This document shows positions 28,257 to 37,605 of a stretch of DNA of 40,193 nucleotides, one piece after another. The notes beneath the pieces were generated by a model. The model did no database searches. It was given only the letters and a program-made list of their open reading frames with translations, and was not told the origin of the DNA. How positions within the stretch are numbered: the stretch's first letter is position 1; each line of letters begins with the position of its first letter. The stretch lies in IMG/VR virus record IMGVR_UViG_2671180415_000005. One strand, written 5' to 3'. Made by a program: the position numbers and the translations under genes. This DNA comes from a virus (Duplodnaviria; Heunggongvirae; Uroviricota; Caudoviricetes).

Positions 28257-28757
28257 TCAGACTTTCGGCAAATCGTAACGACATAACCATTCATCCGCCG
28301 AACGGCGGGCCTCAAGACCGGGGAGTTTTACCCCCTTTGAATAAATCCAGCGGATATACTGCTTACAGGACGCGGGCATCTGCCCGGCATTGATAAGGCG
28401 CAGGAGCGTGGAGTTGCGAAAGTTCGTTTCACCGGCCCAGAAAATCCAGGAGGCCAGCGCCACCGTCTGACCACGGGTAAGCGGCACCTGAACATGACGA
28501 TCGATAGCCGCAAAGGCCCATTTCATGTCCTTTTCCAGCAGCTCCAGACACTCTTCATCAGTTTTTGTCATCCCCGGTTTCACATCCGGGCCGGTATGGC
28601 CGTAACAGATGGTGGGGGTGCCGGTGGGATCAATGTACGTGGTGTTTTCTTTCCCTTCCCAGTAGCCGGTGTAGTGCGTGGCAATGGTGAACGTCCCGGC
28701 TCCGGCCAGAACAAGGGCAATCAGCTTTTTACGCAGGGGTGCGGGGAGTTTTGGCAT
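28257..28757 (-). CDS. lys: Endolysin, lysozyme (GH24-like) with N-terminal signal-anchor-release (SAR) type hydrophobic segment
   Basis: N-terminal LIALVLAGAGTFTIATHY then YWEGKENTTYIDPTGTPTICYGHTG (E...D...T lysozyme catalytic motif). Confidence 0.8.
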   Translation of the reverse strand: MPKLPAPLRKKLIALVLAGAGTFTIATHYTGYWEGKENTTYIDPTGTPTICYGHTGPDVKPGMTKTDEECLELLEKDMKWAFAAIDRHVQVPLTRGQTVALASWIFWAGETNFRNSTLLRLINAGQMPASCKQYIRWIYSKGVKLPGLEARRSADEWLCRYDLPKV

Positions 28758-28828
28758 TGTTACGCTGTCTCATGGTGTTCTCTGAGTCAGCGTAACCGTG
28801 GGAAAAAGTGGGCAGGATTTGCGGAATA

Positions 28829-29251
28829 TCAGAAAAGCCGTGGCTGCGTGCGTTCCTGATGCAGGCGACGCTGGTTGCGGATAACGGAGTAAATCTGCGT
28901 CTCTGACATCTGGTAGTGGCGGCGCAGGGTTTCAATTTTTTCGCCCTGGCTCCAGCGGGAAAAAATTTCATTATTGCGCAGTTCGGTGAAAAGGGATTCA
29001 CCGACCGGGAGATAATAACCACGCCCGCCCATGTACCCGGCCTGTGCGGCTGCAACCTTACGGGCAAGCATTCCCGCCTGAGCAGGTTCAATCCCCTGAC
29101 GGTGCAGTTCAGCACTGATCACATCAACCAGGTCCCGCAGCGTGCCGGGCCAGTTCTTTTTCAGCTCATCATCAGGAATATCATCCAGACGGTCAATCAG
29201 CGCGTGCAGCTGTTCGCTGTCACCAAACATGCTCATCTGTGTTTCAGCCAT
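28829..29251 (-). CDS. Mor/C-family transcriptional activator (middle/late gene activator)
   Basis: 140 aa; C-terminal ...GGRGYYLPVGESLFTELRNNEIFSRW...MSETQIYSVIRNQRR matches Mor/C family pattern; sits immediately upstream of lys. Confidence 0.75.
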   Translation of the reverse strand: MAETQMSMFGDSEQLHALIDRLDDIPDDELKKNWPGTLRDLVDVISAELHRQGIEPAQAGMLARKVAAAQAGYMGGRGYYLPVGESLFTELRNNEIFSRWSQGEKIETLRRHYQMSETQIYSVIRNQRRLHQERTQPRLF

Positions 29252-29321
29252 ACCCGCCTCCGGTCATCATTACACAGGGCAAGTTTAAAATAAAAATCCC
29301 GCGCTGTGGCGGGATTTGGGG

Positions 29322-29834
29322 TTAACGGGGGAATGATTTTTCATACAGCCTGCAAACACGCTCATAACTCATCACTGCACGTTCCGACATATCCAGGGCT
29401 GCCAGCATTTTGCGGCGGTGCCAGCGTTTGAGACGCTCCAGCACATCAGAGGCCAGCGCGGGTTGTTGCTCCAGCCACTGCCAGTTAGCCACACCTTCGC
29501 CGTCGTTCTGCGCGGCCGTCTGCGATTTCACCCAGCGGTTAAGGGCCGTTTCCCCGCCATCAGAGATAAATCCCTGCCGGTGCATCACTTTCCAGATGGC
29601 GCGAATTTTGGCGGTCACCGTACCCGGTTTTAAGGCCCGGTTAACCGGCTTCTGACGCACTTTAAAACCGCGTTTTTTGAAAACATCCAGCACGCGGGAT
29701 AACTCACCGGGTGACATATCACGGCAACTGGATTTGCCGGTGGCTGCCAGCAGCGCGGATGTATAGGTATCATGGTCAAGCTGTAGATCGCGTTTTGCGA
29801 CATGTATTAAGGTAATCAGGGAAGCGCGATTCAT
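29322..29834 (-). CDS. GemA-like protein (Mu gp16 family)
   Basis: 170 aa; N-terminus MNRASLITLIHVAKRDLQLDHDTYTSALLAATGKSS resembles gp16/GemA family start; position just before Mor-like gene as in Mu. Confidence 0.55.
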   Translation of the reverse strand: MNRASLITLIHVAKRDLQLDHDTYTSALLAATGKSSCRDMSPGELSRVLDVFKKRGFKVRQKPVNRALKPGTVTAKIRAIWKVMHRQGFISDGGETALNRWVKSQTAAQNDGEGVANWQWLEQQPALASDVLERLKRWHRRKMLAALDMSERAVMSYERVCRLYEKSFPR

Positions 29835-29856
29835 TATCGTGGCTCCATAAAAAATG

Positions 29857-29876
29857 GGCGGTGTTACCGCACCGCC
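29857..29876 (-). terminator. Intrinsic terminator-like hairpin 20 nt upstream of gemA-like start (minus-strand sense)
   Basis: GGCGGTG-TTACCG-CACCGCC; on the minus-strand RNA the stem is followed by CAUUUUUUAUGG. Confidence 0.5.
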
Positions 29877-29904
29877 ATGTCAATTAACATAAAAGGAAAA
29901 ATCT

Positions 29905-30144
29905 ATGTCAGATATAAAAAATGCACTTGATGTTGCCGCATTCACAATGGCTGGAAATCTTATGGTAACCCTGTTCGATAAGGGGCTGATTTCCCGTGAG
30001 GAGGCAATACATATTATCAATCTCGCTCAAAAAAACTCTACCCCGGAAAATGCAGAAGATATCCAGGATGGCTCATATATTAATACCGACTGGCATTTCG
30101 ACAATCTCCGGGCCTGTATGGGGATTACCGCTGAAAAAGATTAA
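29905..30144 (+). CDS. Hypothetical small protein encoded antisense to the early operon (AT-rich)
   Basis: 79 aa with AAGGA Shine-Dalgarno 8 nt upstream of ATG; convergent with and overlapping by 20 bp the 3' end of the neighbouring minus-strand gene. Confidence 0.45.
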   Translation: MSDIKNALDVAAFTMAGNLMVTLFDKGLISREEAIHIINLAQKNSTPENAEDIQDGSYINTDWHFDNLRACMGITAEKD

Positions 30145-30412
30145 AAATTTTTGCATAATGTTCAGATGTAAGAATTGCTGAACCATCAACACCGAGCCTA
30201 CGGCGAACGTATTCCTCGCGGGCTATTTTATTATCCAGAGATACAGCATCCTTAATCAGGTTAATCTCCCGCTCCATTATCAAAAGGGCTTCTCTGGCTG
30301 CAAGATTTTCTTTTATCGCATATTCGATAATGTCCCGCATACGTTCAAGCATGCCGATTTTAGCCAGTTCTTCGTCGATAGATTTAGGCGCAAATTTGAT
30401 TTCTTTTTCCAT
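30125..30412 (-). CDS. Hypothetical helical protein (AT-rich early-region gene)
   Basis: 95 aa from MEKEIKF (internal Met of ORF 30125..30427), start 2 nt after the stop of the upstream zinc-ribbon ORF. Confidence 0.5.
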   Translation of the reverse strand: MEKEIKFAPKSIDEELAKIGMLERMRDIIEYAIKENLAAREALLIMEREINLIKDAVSLDNKIAREEYVRRRLGVDGSAILTSEHYAKIFNLFQR

Positions 30413-30413
30413 A

Positions 30414-30557
30414 TTATTCATCCTCACAATTTATACATGCAGTGTCGTCGCCCATATCGCAGTGGTTACATTTTATCTCACCACAATGTGGGCACTCTTT
30501 CAGATACTCCGGGTCCTCATTTCCACAGGTGGGACATTCAACAATTTGCTCATCCAT
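30414..30557 (-). CDS. Small zinc-ribbon protein (47 aa), not in supplied ORF track
   Basis: Hand translation MDEQIVECPTCGNEDPEYLKECPHCGEIKCNHCDMGDDTACINCEDE; CPxCG ... CPHCG ... C-x2-C motifs; tightly packed between flanking genes. Confidence 0.5.
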   Translation of the reverse strand: MDEQIVECPTCGNEDPEYLKECPHCGEIKCNHCDMGDDTACINCEDE

Positions 30558-30882
30558 TATGTATCCCCTGTAATTCCGGCAAGGCCGAAAGATGGCACCA
30601 GTGCGTCACCTGTCCGTCCTCATCTTCAAGGCAGGCTCCGGTTTCTTCATCAATAAAAAAGCCTTCATACCCCATATGGCCGATGCGCAGTTCCTGTTGG
30701 TCACCATACTGAACAATCAGCACGACAGCCTCCATATCAGGCGGAAATGCGTCATCCAGTGAATGCCAGGGATAACCGCGCAAATCCCCGAAATAAACGC
30801 CGGTCAGCGTTCCGCCACAGAGCGGCATTCCGGCGGCACACACAAGAGGTTCATCTGATTCAACAAATAAGGTCGTTATCAT
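30550..30882 (-). CDS. Hypothetical early protein
   Basis: 110 aa, coupled to neighbours. Confidence 0.45.
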   Translation of the reverse strand: MITTLFVESDEPLVCAAGMPLCGGTLTGVYFGDLRGYPWHSLDDAFPPDMEAVVLIVQYGDQQELRIGHMGYEGFFIDEETGACLEDEDGQVTHWCHLSALPELQGIHNG

Positions 30883-31430
30883 GGCGTTAACTCCCGTAAT
30901 ACAGCGTCCTCGGCAGTCCGGCGACGGTAATAAACTGCGTGAGCAGAATGTTCAGATATTCCAAACTTTTCGCCAATTTCCCGGAATGACAGACGGCGTG
31001 GGTAATCGGAATCACGCAGCTCACGTATAAGACGTACATCATCATCAGATATGCGCGTGCCGGGGCGTAACTCTCCGCACTTTGTTAATCCAGCACCAAT
31101 CATTCCTGCCCGACATCTGACAGAATCTTTATTACGTCCGAGATATTCTCCCATTTGCTGGCAGGTCATTGTTCTGGCATTTTTTCGAATAAACTTATCT
31201 TCATCAGGTGTAAATCTTGGGTGTTTATATTTCAGTAACTCCGGGTATGAACTGCGCAATACACCAGTCCGGTTATATACAGCCCAGACAGTTCTTTTTA
31301 TTCTGGCAGCAATATCCTTAACCGGGGTGGATGAATAAAGCGCAATCAGCAGCGCATCTTCTTCAGGTGTCCACGGACGGACATGAGCGGGGGCGCGACC
31401 TTTTAGTCCCATGGGTTGTAATTTCATCAT
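30879..31430 (-). CDS. Hypothetical early protein with helix-turn-helix-like segments
   Basis: 183 aa; C-terminal LSFREIGEKFGISEHSAHAVYYRRR resembles an HTH. Confidence 0.45.
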   Translation of the reverse strand: MMKLQPMGLKGRAPAHVRPWTPEEDALLIALYSSTPVKDIAARIKRTVWAVYNRTGVLRSSYPELLKYKHPRFTPDEDKFIRKNARTMTCQQMGEYLGRNKDSVRCRAGMIGAGLTKCGELRPGTRISDDDVRLIRELRDSDYPRRLSFREIGEKFGISEHSAHAVYYRRRTAEDAVLRELTP

Positions 31431-31433
31431 GCA

Positions 31434-31949
31434 TCACCCCCTGACTCGCTTTTCAGCAGCATAAAACTCATCAGACAGTATTTCGGTCATTTTCTGTTTT
31501 GCGGGTTTTACGCCGCACTGAAGGTAAATCACATCGTCAACGCAGAACCACTTCACAGGGCCAAACAGGATTGCCGAGAAATCAATACCCAACCAGAACA
31601 ACAGCGCATCGGTTCTGGCATACGTGACGGGCGAATATTCACGCCACAGACTGTTCAGTTCATCAGAGGCAACACGCAGGGTTTTAGGGATACGTGATGT
31701 GCGCGGTGTGCAGCTCCAGCCATTCGACGCAGTCGGTTTTCGCCATAAGTCGCGATGAAAAGGATATTTGTCCTCCGTAAAACGCAGTCCCTTAAAGTAA
31801 AATCCACTGATACCGGATACAAATACCGACCGGCACGCAACATTCAGCACGGCCTCAAGGCGTTTTGCCTCATCCTTAACTTTCTGGCAGTCCTGCTGGT
31901 ATTTTTGCCACGCAGCCAGCGCGGAAGGGTTTGATGTTTTAAAGAACAT
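31434..31949 (-). CDS. Hypothetical early protein
   Basis: 171 aa ORF in operon context. Confidence 0.45.
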   Translation of the reverse strand: MFFKTSNPSALAAWQKYQQDCQKVKDEAKRLEAVLNVACRSVFVSGISGFYFKGLRFTEDKYPFHRDLWRKPTASNGWSCTPRTSRIPKTLRVASDELNSLWREYSPVTYARTDALLFWLGIDFSAILFGPVKWFCVDDVIYLQCGVKPAKQKMTEILSDEFYAAEKRVRG

Positions 31950-32482
31950 TACGCCACCTCCGCAGATATCCCGGCAGGCGCTGCTGTCCGGTCAACAATC
32001 AGGTAGCGCAGAACATGTTCAGTGATATTCCAGCCGCTTAAACCGCAGATAATGACGCCCAGGCGTATGTCGATATACGCCATCACAAACTGGGGCACGC
32101 CTTCTTTCATGGCCTGCTCATCAACTTCAGCCACCACATAAACGGTTTCACAGGTCAGAACGCCCTGAGCAAATTCCCACGCCATCGACGGAATATCATG
32201 CCCCTCAATCCATGGCAGGGATTTTCTGAAGCCGCACCACTGAACATCATCAGCCGCAGATTCCTGGCTGCATTTGCGACGAACCGGCTGCACCGGGCGG
32301 GGGCGCGGAATATCATAAAAACCGTTACATTCCGTCAGCACGCCTGCATCAACCGCATCACGCAAAAAATAAACCATGGAGGATGGCGGCATATTCATTT
32401 TTTCAGCCAGTACACCGCAGGTCAGGCGGCCATAAATACACAGCCAGTTTTTAACCCCTTCAAGCACTTTTGCATCAATCAT
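31949..32482 (-). CDS. Hypothetical early protein
   Basis: 177 aa ORF in operon context. Confidence 0.45.
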   Translation of the reverse strand: MIDAKVLEGVKNWLCIYGRLTCGVLAEKMNMPPSSMVYFLRDAVDAGVLTECNGFYDIPRPRPVQPVRRKCSQESAADDVQWCGFRKSLPWIEGHDIPSMAWEFAQGVLTCETVYVVAEVDEQAMKEGVPQFVMAYIDIRLGVIICGLSGWNITEHVLRYLIVDRTAAPAGISAEVA

Positions 32483-32627
32483 GATTTATTTCCCCACCAC
32501 ATTATTAATGACGATATAAACGTATTTCATATTTCTTAACCCTTATTTTCTGTTTTCAGGCGCAAGCAGTCCCCTGACGCGAGCGCCATAATTAAAATGA
32601 AGTGATATTTAATTGATTAATGTGGTG

Positions 32628-33158
32628 TTATTTATTCAGTCCGGCGTCCTGTTCAAAAGGCTCGACATAAAAACTTTCAGCGCCTTTATTCACCTTGATA
32701 CCGGCAATGCCTTTCACAGCATCCGGCTCCGCCAGGACGGCTTCCTTGTTCACTTCCTCTTTCGTGCGGATGAAACGCTCAAGCCCCATACGGCGCAGCA
32801 TTTCAATCACACCTTCCACATCACGGCTGACGCTGCATGATGGCGTTCCCAGCCGCCATGACACCGTTCCGGTGGTCAGATTGGCTGTTTTGGTTTTGCC
32901 GCCGTTCGTCAGCTCATCACGGTTGGTTTTGCACCAGTCCTGAATCCCTTTAAAAAGCACTTTGATTTGCTTTTTAAGATTTTCAATCTGCGGCGTATAA
33001 CGGGCGGTGATTTCTGCCACTTCGTCATTCATCGCCGTTTCCAGGCGCAGCGCCTCTCGCTGAATATCTCCCAGGGTGCGGATATCACGGCTGACTTCTT
33101 CCCGGGTCTGCGGTGCCGCCTCGGCTGCGGCCTTTAATTTTGTAACGCGTTTAGCCAT
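32628..33158 (-). CDS. gam: Gam-like host-nuclease inhibitor (Ku-like DNA end-binding protein)
   Basis: 176 aa; ...GDIQREALRLETAMNDEVAEITARY...WCKTNRDELTNGGKTKTANLTTGTVSWR...RFIRTKEEVNKEA matches Mu Gam pattern. Confidence 0.85.
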   Translation of the reverse strand: MAKRVTKLKAAAEAAPQTREEVSRDIRTLGDIQREALRLETAMNDEVAEITARYTPQIENLKKQIKVLFKGIQDWCKTNRDELTNGGKTKTANLTTGTVSWRLGTPSCSVSRDVEGVIEMLRRMGLERFIRTKEEVNKEAVLAEPDAVKGIAGIKVNKGAESFYVEPFEQDAGLNK

Positions 33159-33169
33159 TTTGTTTTTCC

Positions 33170-33463
33170 TTATTGCAGTGTGCCTGATGCTTTATGCACG
33201 CGGTGGCGTTTAATGATGGCATCCGCTCCAAAAGACTGTGCAGATGCCTGAAATTCCGCTGAGAGAAACTGAATAATTGCAGGACTGTGATACTGGAGAA
33301 TACTTGCATAAACGTCACAGAGTGACGTCGGCCTGTTATCCGTATCACGTTCTGTTTTCACATCCACTCCAATCTTTTCATGCACTTCAACACAGTCATT
33401 GCCTGCCAACTTTTCGTCATGCGAAACATGATTAAATTCAAAAATAACGCGTACTTTGCTCAT
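33170..33463 (-). CDS. Hypothetical early protein, tandem paralogue 2
   Basis: Starts MSKVRVIFEFNHV (internal Met), paralogous to upstream gene start MSKVVRIIFEYKE. Confidence 0.45.
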   Translation of the reverse strand: MSKVRVIFEFNHVSHDEKLAGNDCVEVHEKIGVDVKTERDTDNRPTSLCDVYASILQYHSPAIIQFLSAEFQASAQSFGADAIIKRHRVHKASGTLQ

Positions 33464-33467
33464 GGAA

Positions 33468-33740
33468 TTACCCCTGTTGATTAAATTCATTACCGTTAAT
33501 AACCCCGGAAGCCATGCCTCTGTCTTTCATGAATGCACTGGCTTTCATTGCCACAAACTCTGCGAAGTTTCTGCTTTCTGCCAGCATAACCACCCCAAAA
33601 ATCATGGCGGGTCCATTATCTTTCTTCTTTATTCCGGTTGAACGTATATCCAGACTTACCCCTCTGTGCGTGCTGCCATCAGAGTTTTTGCAGATAACAT
33701 CTTCCTTGTATTCGAAAATAATGCGTACGACTTTACTCAT
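33468..33740 (-). CDS. Hypothetical early protein, tandem paralogue 1
   Basis: 90 aa, MSKVVRIIFEYKEDV... Confidence 0.45.
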   Translation of the reverse strand: MSKVVRIIFEYKEDVICKNSDGSTHRGVSLDIRSTGIKKKDNGPAMIFGVVMLAESRNFAEFVAMKASAFMKDRGMASGVINGNEFNQQG

Positions 33741-33943
33741 CCTCTGGTCCTCGTTCTGTTTGGATAACTGACCCGGCGTCTAACCTCACGGCAGAACCGA
33801 ATCATGGCATTAAAGGCTTCTTCCTCCGTCACCGCTTCCGGTATCCCCGGAACCAGTAACTGCTCCTGTTCATCACGTCCATGACGCGCCATAACCTCAA
33901 TCACATGCCGTACCGTGGCAGGCTTTCCGGCAACTATCGGCAA
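33737..33943 (-). CDS. Hypothetical early protein
   Basis: 68 aa, overlapping stop/start with downstream gene. Confidence 0.4.
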   Translation of the reverse strand: MPIVAGKPATVRHVIEVMARHGRDEQEQLLVPGIPEAVTEEEAFNAMIRFCREVRRRVSYPNRTRTRG

Positions 33944-34018
33944 TGCACCTTCCGGCAGGACGTAACCAAACTCAATAAGACCACTCGACCACGCCCATGC
34001 AATGAGATTTTTTTCACC

Positions 34019-34285
34019 TCACACCTCCCAGTAAACCGTGCAGCCGCTGATGCGGGTGGCCTTCACACGGCGGCGCAGGCCGTTGGTCTGTATGGTGATT
34101 TCAATTTCACCGGTTCCCTGCACGTTGCCTACCGGCGGCGTGGTTTTCAGTGCAAAACGTTGCGGATAGCGCTTACTGCGTTCCAGTACCGCACCGGCAA
34201 GTTCGGTCAGACGGCGCGCGCTGTTCAGGGAGTCGAATAAATTCATTTTGTTACCGCAGGATTGCATATTCATATAACACCTCAT
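34019..34285 (-). CDS. Hypothetical early protein downstream of B (start uncertain, adjacent to assembly gap)
   Basis: 88-aa ORF; several in-frame Met candidates. Confidence 0.35.
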   Translation of the reverse strand: MRCYMNMQSCGNKMNLFDSLNSARRLTELAGAVLERSKRYPQRFALKTTPPVGNVQGTGEIEITIQTNGLRRRVKATRISGCTVYWEV

Positions 34286-34381
34286 TTAGCTGACTTGTTT
34301 CGCACCAACAGAACGGCATATTCCGCTGTAAACTTCTGTCGCACCTTCGCGATCAAGTCCGGCAGATATCACCATTCGTGT

Positions 34382-34640
34382 NNNNNNNNNNNNNNNNNNN
34401 NNNNNNNNNNNNNNNNNNNNNNNNNNNNNNNNNNNNNNNNNNNNNNNNNNNNNNNNNNNNNNNNNNNNNNNNNNNNNNNNNNNNNNNNNNNNNNNNNNNN
34501 NNNNNNNNNNNNNNNNNNNNNNNNNNNNNNNNNNNNNNNNNNNNNNNNNNNNNNNNNNNNNNNNNNNNNNNNNNNNNNNNNNNNNNNNNNNNNNNNNNNN
34601 NNNNNNNNNNNNNNNNNNNNNNNNNNNNNNNNNNNNNNNN
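34382..34640. other. Assembly gap (259 N)
   Basis: Run of N in the sequence; interrupts the 3' end of the B-like gene. Confidence 1.
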
Positions 34641-35442
34641 CCGGCTTTTCAGCGATAGCCTGCATGACGGCCAGCTCGGCCTCACCACTGATCCCCCACG
34701 CCATGGCAATGGCCAGCACATCCGCCTTTTTGGCCTTGCGAAGTTGTTTTGTACGGGCAAGACGGCTGAACAGGCGCGATAAATCATCAAAGGCGCGGCG
34801 TCCACCTTTAAACAATCCGCGCGGGTTACCAATAAGCACCATCCCGATCCCCGTGGCGTCCTGAATTGCCCGGAGTTGCTCCAGACCGTCAATACCAAGA
34901 TGATCCGCCTCATCCACAATCACCAGTCCACGCGTTCCCATCAGGCGACGGCGGATGGCGCGGGATAATGCCCCTTTGTTCGCGCGGGTGTAATCAATCC
35001 CCAGCGCATCGGCCAGCTCCAGCAGACACTCCGTGACGCTGGAGTGCGCGGGTGACAGGGTGATCATCCAGGTGTTTGGTTGCTCCTGGCAGTAATTACG
35101 GGCAGTGGCCGTTTTACCCACACCCGGTACGCCCACAATAACGTTAATACAGCCCATCAGGCGAACCGCCTGAAACAGTGCGCGCAGCTCCTGGACTGTC
35201 TGAGTTTCCACAAACTGCGGCGGTTCCGGCAGTGCGCTTTGTTTATTCCAGTTCTCATACCAGGAGCGCAGGGAAGCAGCCACAGCAGCGTTATCGCCTT
35301 TATATTTTCCCTTACGGAAAGCCGATAATGTGCCGTCGGAAATTCCCGCCTCTCTGGCGATGGCATACTGCGTCAGTACGCCGCCATCAATAAGTTCATC
35401 AATGGTCTTGATTACATCGTTAATATCGGTCATATTATTCAC
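34641..35442 (-). CDS. B: Mu B-like transposition ATPase (AAA+), C-terminal ~45 codons lost in gap
   Basis: N-terminal HTH then Walker A GVPGVGKT, ...LVIVDEADHLG (Walker B), ...KKADVLAIAMAWGISGEAEL; pattern matches Mu B throughout. Confidence 0.85.
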
Positions 35443-35515
35443 CTCGCTTGAGACAGCATTCTCCGAGACTGAAACCTCAAATAACCTGAGTCACCCCTCG
35501 GGTTATTTTTTTATT

Positions 35516-37603
35516 TCAGGCCAGCGGATCACTTTCTTTTAATTTCGCTTCGAGCAGTTGCAATCCCCGCTGGAAATTACGCTCGTATTCTTCATCAGGT
35601 TCATCGTCAGCGACCGGTTGCTGAACGGTCACCGTATTACCCACAGGGCGGTATATGTTTTCCAGCCAGGGCTCCTGCGGCTTGTGCTCCAGCACGTTGA
35701 CAACCTCATCCTCGGCATCACGGATTTTTTCCTCTGCGCGTTTACGCATGCCTTTAAGGCGCTGCTGCTGTTTGTAGTATTCCGCGCTGACAGGGAAGGC
35801 TTCGCGTTTATTGCCGTCCCATACCGCCTCGCAAATCACGCTGCCATCCGGGCGGCGCACGGTAATTCGTTCGGCATCATGAATGTCATAGCTGATAAGT
35901 ACCTTACGGCCATGCTCGTCACGCAGCTCGGGCGCGTAGTAAATATTATTCAGCCAGCGTATTTCACAGCGTCTTACAGGGCGCTCCACCATCGGCCGGA
36001 ACATATCCCGCAGTTCAACATCGGACAGCCATTCAATTTCCGTGTCCTCTTCCGCCAGGCGTTTTTTTCTGAACTCCGCCGGGCTGTAATGTTTACCGTT
36101 CGGCTTCATGGGTAATTCATCGTGCGGCCGGTTGTTGTACCACTCAACACCGTCACGAATGGCATCAATCAGTTCAGACCAGGACGGTAAATCACGCATC
36201 GCTGACTGCTGCCGGGCGTTCAGCCGTTTGCCCTGTTGCAGGGCACTGAATGCCGAGCGTAAATCGCGGTTGGTTTTACGTAACGTCTCGCGATCTGCTC
36301 CTTTCCCGAAATAGGTGCGGTATTTACGGGCTATGCGCATCGGTAATGTGCGGTTAAGCCGTTCGATAATGCCCCGTCCCTGCGGATTACCGGCAATCCC
36401 TGTCGGGTGATTAATCCCCAGTCGTGGCAGTATCCCCACAATCTCCTTATCCAGGACGTCGGCGGTTTCCCCGGAGCCATTATCCGAGTAATACAGAAAC
36501 GGTTTGCCATGATGGCGAATACCGTGCTGTATGGCACCGGCTACGGCGAAAACATTTTCAGCCAGGTCAAGGCTCCAGCCCACCACAAAGCGCGTGCCAC
36601 CGTCGATAACAAAGGTCACTTCCGGTGCGAATGGCCGCCCGTGAACCGGGTGCGCGCATTTCAGCTTCATGCCGTGACCGTCACCAATCCAGACATAATT
36701 CACCGGCATTCTGGACCAGTCGCGGCGCGTGAATCCCTCAAGCTGACGGTATTCACTGCCAGTTACCCGGCCTTTTTGTTTCACCACTTCCGGCAGTTTC
36801 TTCATTGCGCGGCGAATGGTGTCATAAGAGGGCATGATATCGAGCATATAAGGCTCATCAGCGTGCCGGTGCTGCCATTCAGCAACAAAATCCTCGTAAG
36901 CCTCGGTCATTGGTCGGCCGTTTGACTGGCGATACTGCGCCAGAAATTCGGGCAGCCAGTTAATATCTTCGGCTTTTATTTCCTGGCGTTTACCCGGTGC
37001 CAGTAAAAGCAGGCGTTCAGCGGCGTTCTGTGCCTTGTTAAAGGCCGCAATCCAGCGTTTCAGCGTGATTTCACTCAACGCGCGGCTGTTTCCCTTTTTG
37101 GCGTTCGCCGTCTCAACCATTGCCACAATGCGCTCGTCCAGTTGTGATCGTGCCAGGCTGTTAACGAGGAACCGGATAGCTTTAGCGCAGCTGAAACCGG
37201 GTTGTTGCGTGAATTTCAGCACCTCACTGACGATCGCAATGCGTGCGTCTGCCACCTGGCGCTGGTTTTCAGTCAGGGCATTGAGGCGTTCGACCATCAG
37301 TTGTGGTGATCCGCGATATGCCTCCACCGCATCAACCACGGCAGACGAGCGTCTGGCCTTTGTCACCACCGGAGCCGGTGATTCATCGGCTTTTTGCGTC
37401 ATCAGTTGCAGGGCATAACGTTCGCGTAATGCCTGCTGTGTCACTTCAGGTAAACAGTCAATGCTGTATTCAAAACCTTTAGCGCCTTTCTTGCGGCGTC
37501 TGCTGGTTTCGCTGGTTGCATACTTCCTGATTGAATAGCGAACGCCTTGCTCCGTTCCCGGCATCCCCGGTAATCCAACCAGTTCTTTAACTGAAGCAAA
37601 CAT
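35516..37603 (-). CDS. A: Mu A-like DDE transposase
   Basis: 695 aa directly after ner-like gene; size and position of MuA; large central catalytic region. Confidence 0.9.
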   Translation of the reverse strand: MFASVKELVGLPGMPGTEQGVRYSIRKYATSETSRRRKKGAKGFEYSIDCLPEVTQQALRERYALQLMTQKADESPAPVVTKARRSSAVVDAVEAYRGSPQLMVERLNALTENQRQVADARIAIVSEVLKFTQQPGFSCAKAIRFLVNSLARSQLDERIVAMVETANAKKGNSRALSEITLKRWIAAFNKAQNAAERLLLLAPGKRQEIKAEDINWLPEFLAQYRQSNGRPMTEAYEDFVAEWQHRHADEPYMLDIMPSYDTIRRAMKKLPEVVKQKGRVTGSEYRQLEGFTRRDWSRMPVNYVWIGDGHGMKLKCAHPVHGRPFAPEVTFVIDGGTRFVVGWSLDLAENVFAVAGAIQHGIRHHGKPFLYYSDNGSGETADVLDKEIVGILPRLGINHPTGIAGNPQGRGIIERLNRTLPMRIARKYRTYFGKGADRETLRKTNRDLRSAFSALQQGKRLNARQQSAMRDLPSWSELIDAIRDGVEWYNNRPHDELPMKPNGKHYSPAEFRKKRLAEEDTEIEWLSDVELRDMFRPMVERPVRRCEIRWLNNIYYAPELRDEHGRKVLISYDIHDAERITVRRPDGSVICEAVWDGNKREAFPVSAEYYKQQQRLKGMRKRAEEKIRDAEDEVVNVLEHKPQEPWLENIYRPVGNTVTVQQPVADDEPDEEYERNFQRGLQLLEAKLKESDPLA

Positions 37604-37605
37604 AA

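Noticed and set aside
28829-29251. Assigning the Mor/C-family gene specifically as mor or as C
   Set aside because: Only one family member is visible; it sits where mor would lie (after gemA) but also directly before lys where C would act, so the specific name was not assigned
34262-34919. ORFs containing long runs of X (34262..34864, 34353..34919, 34378..34782)
   Set aside because: Artefacts of translating across the 259-N assembly gap
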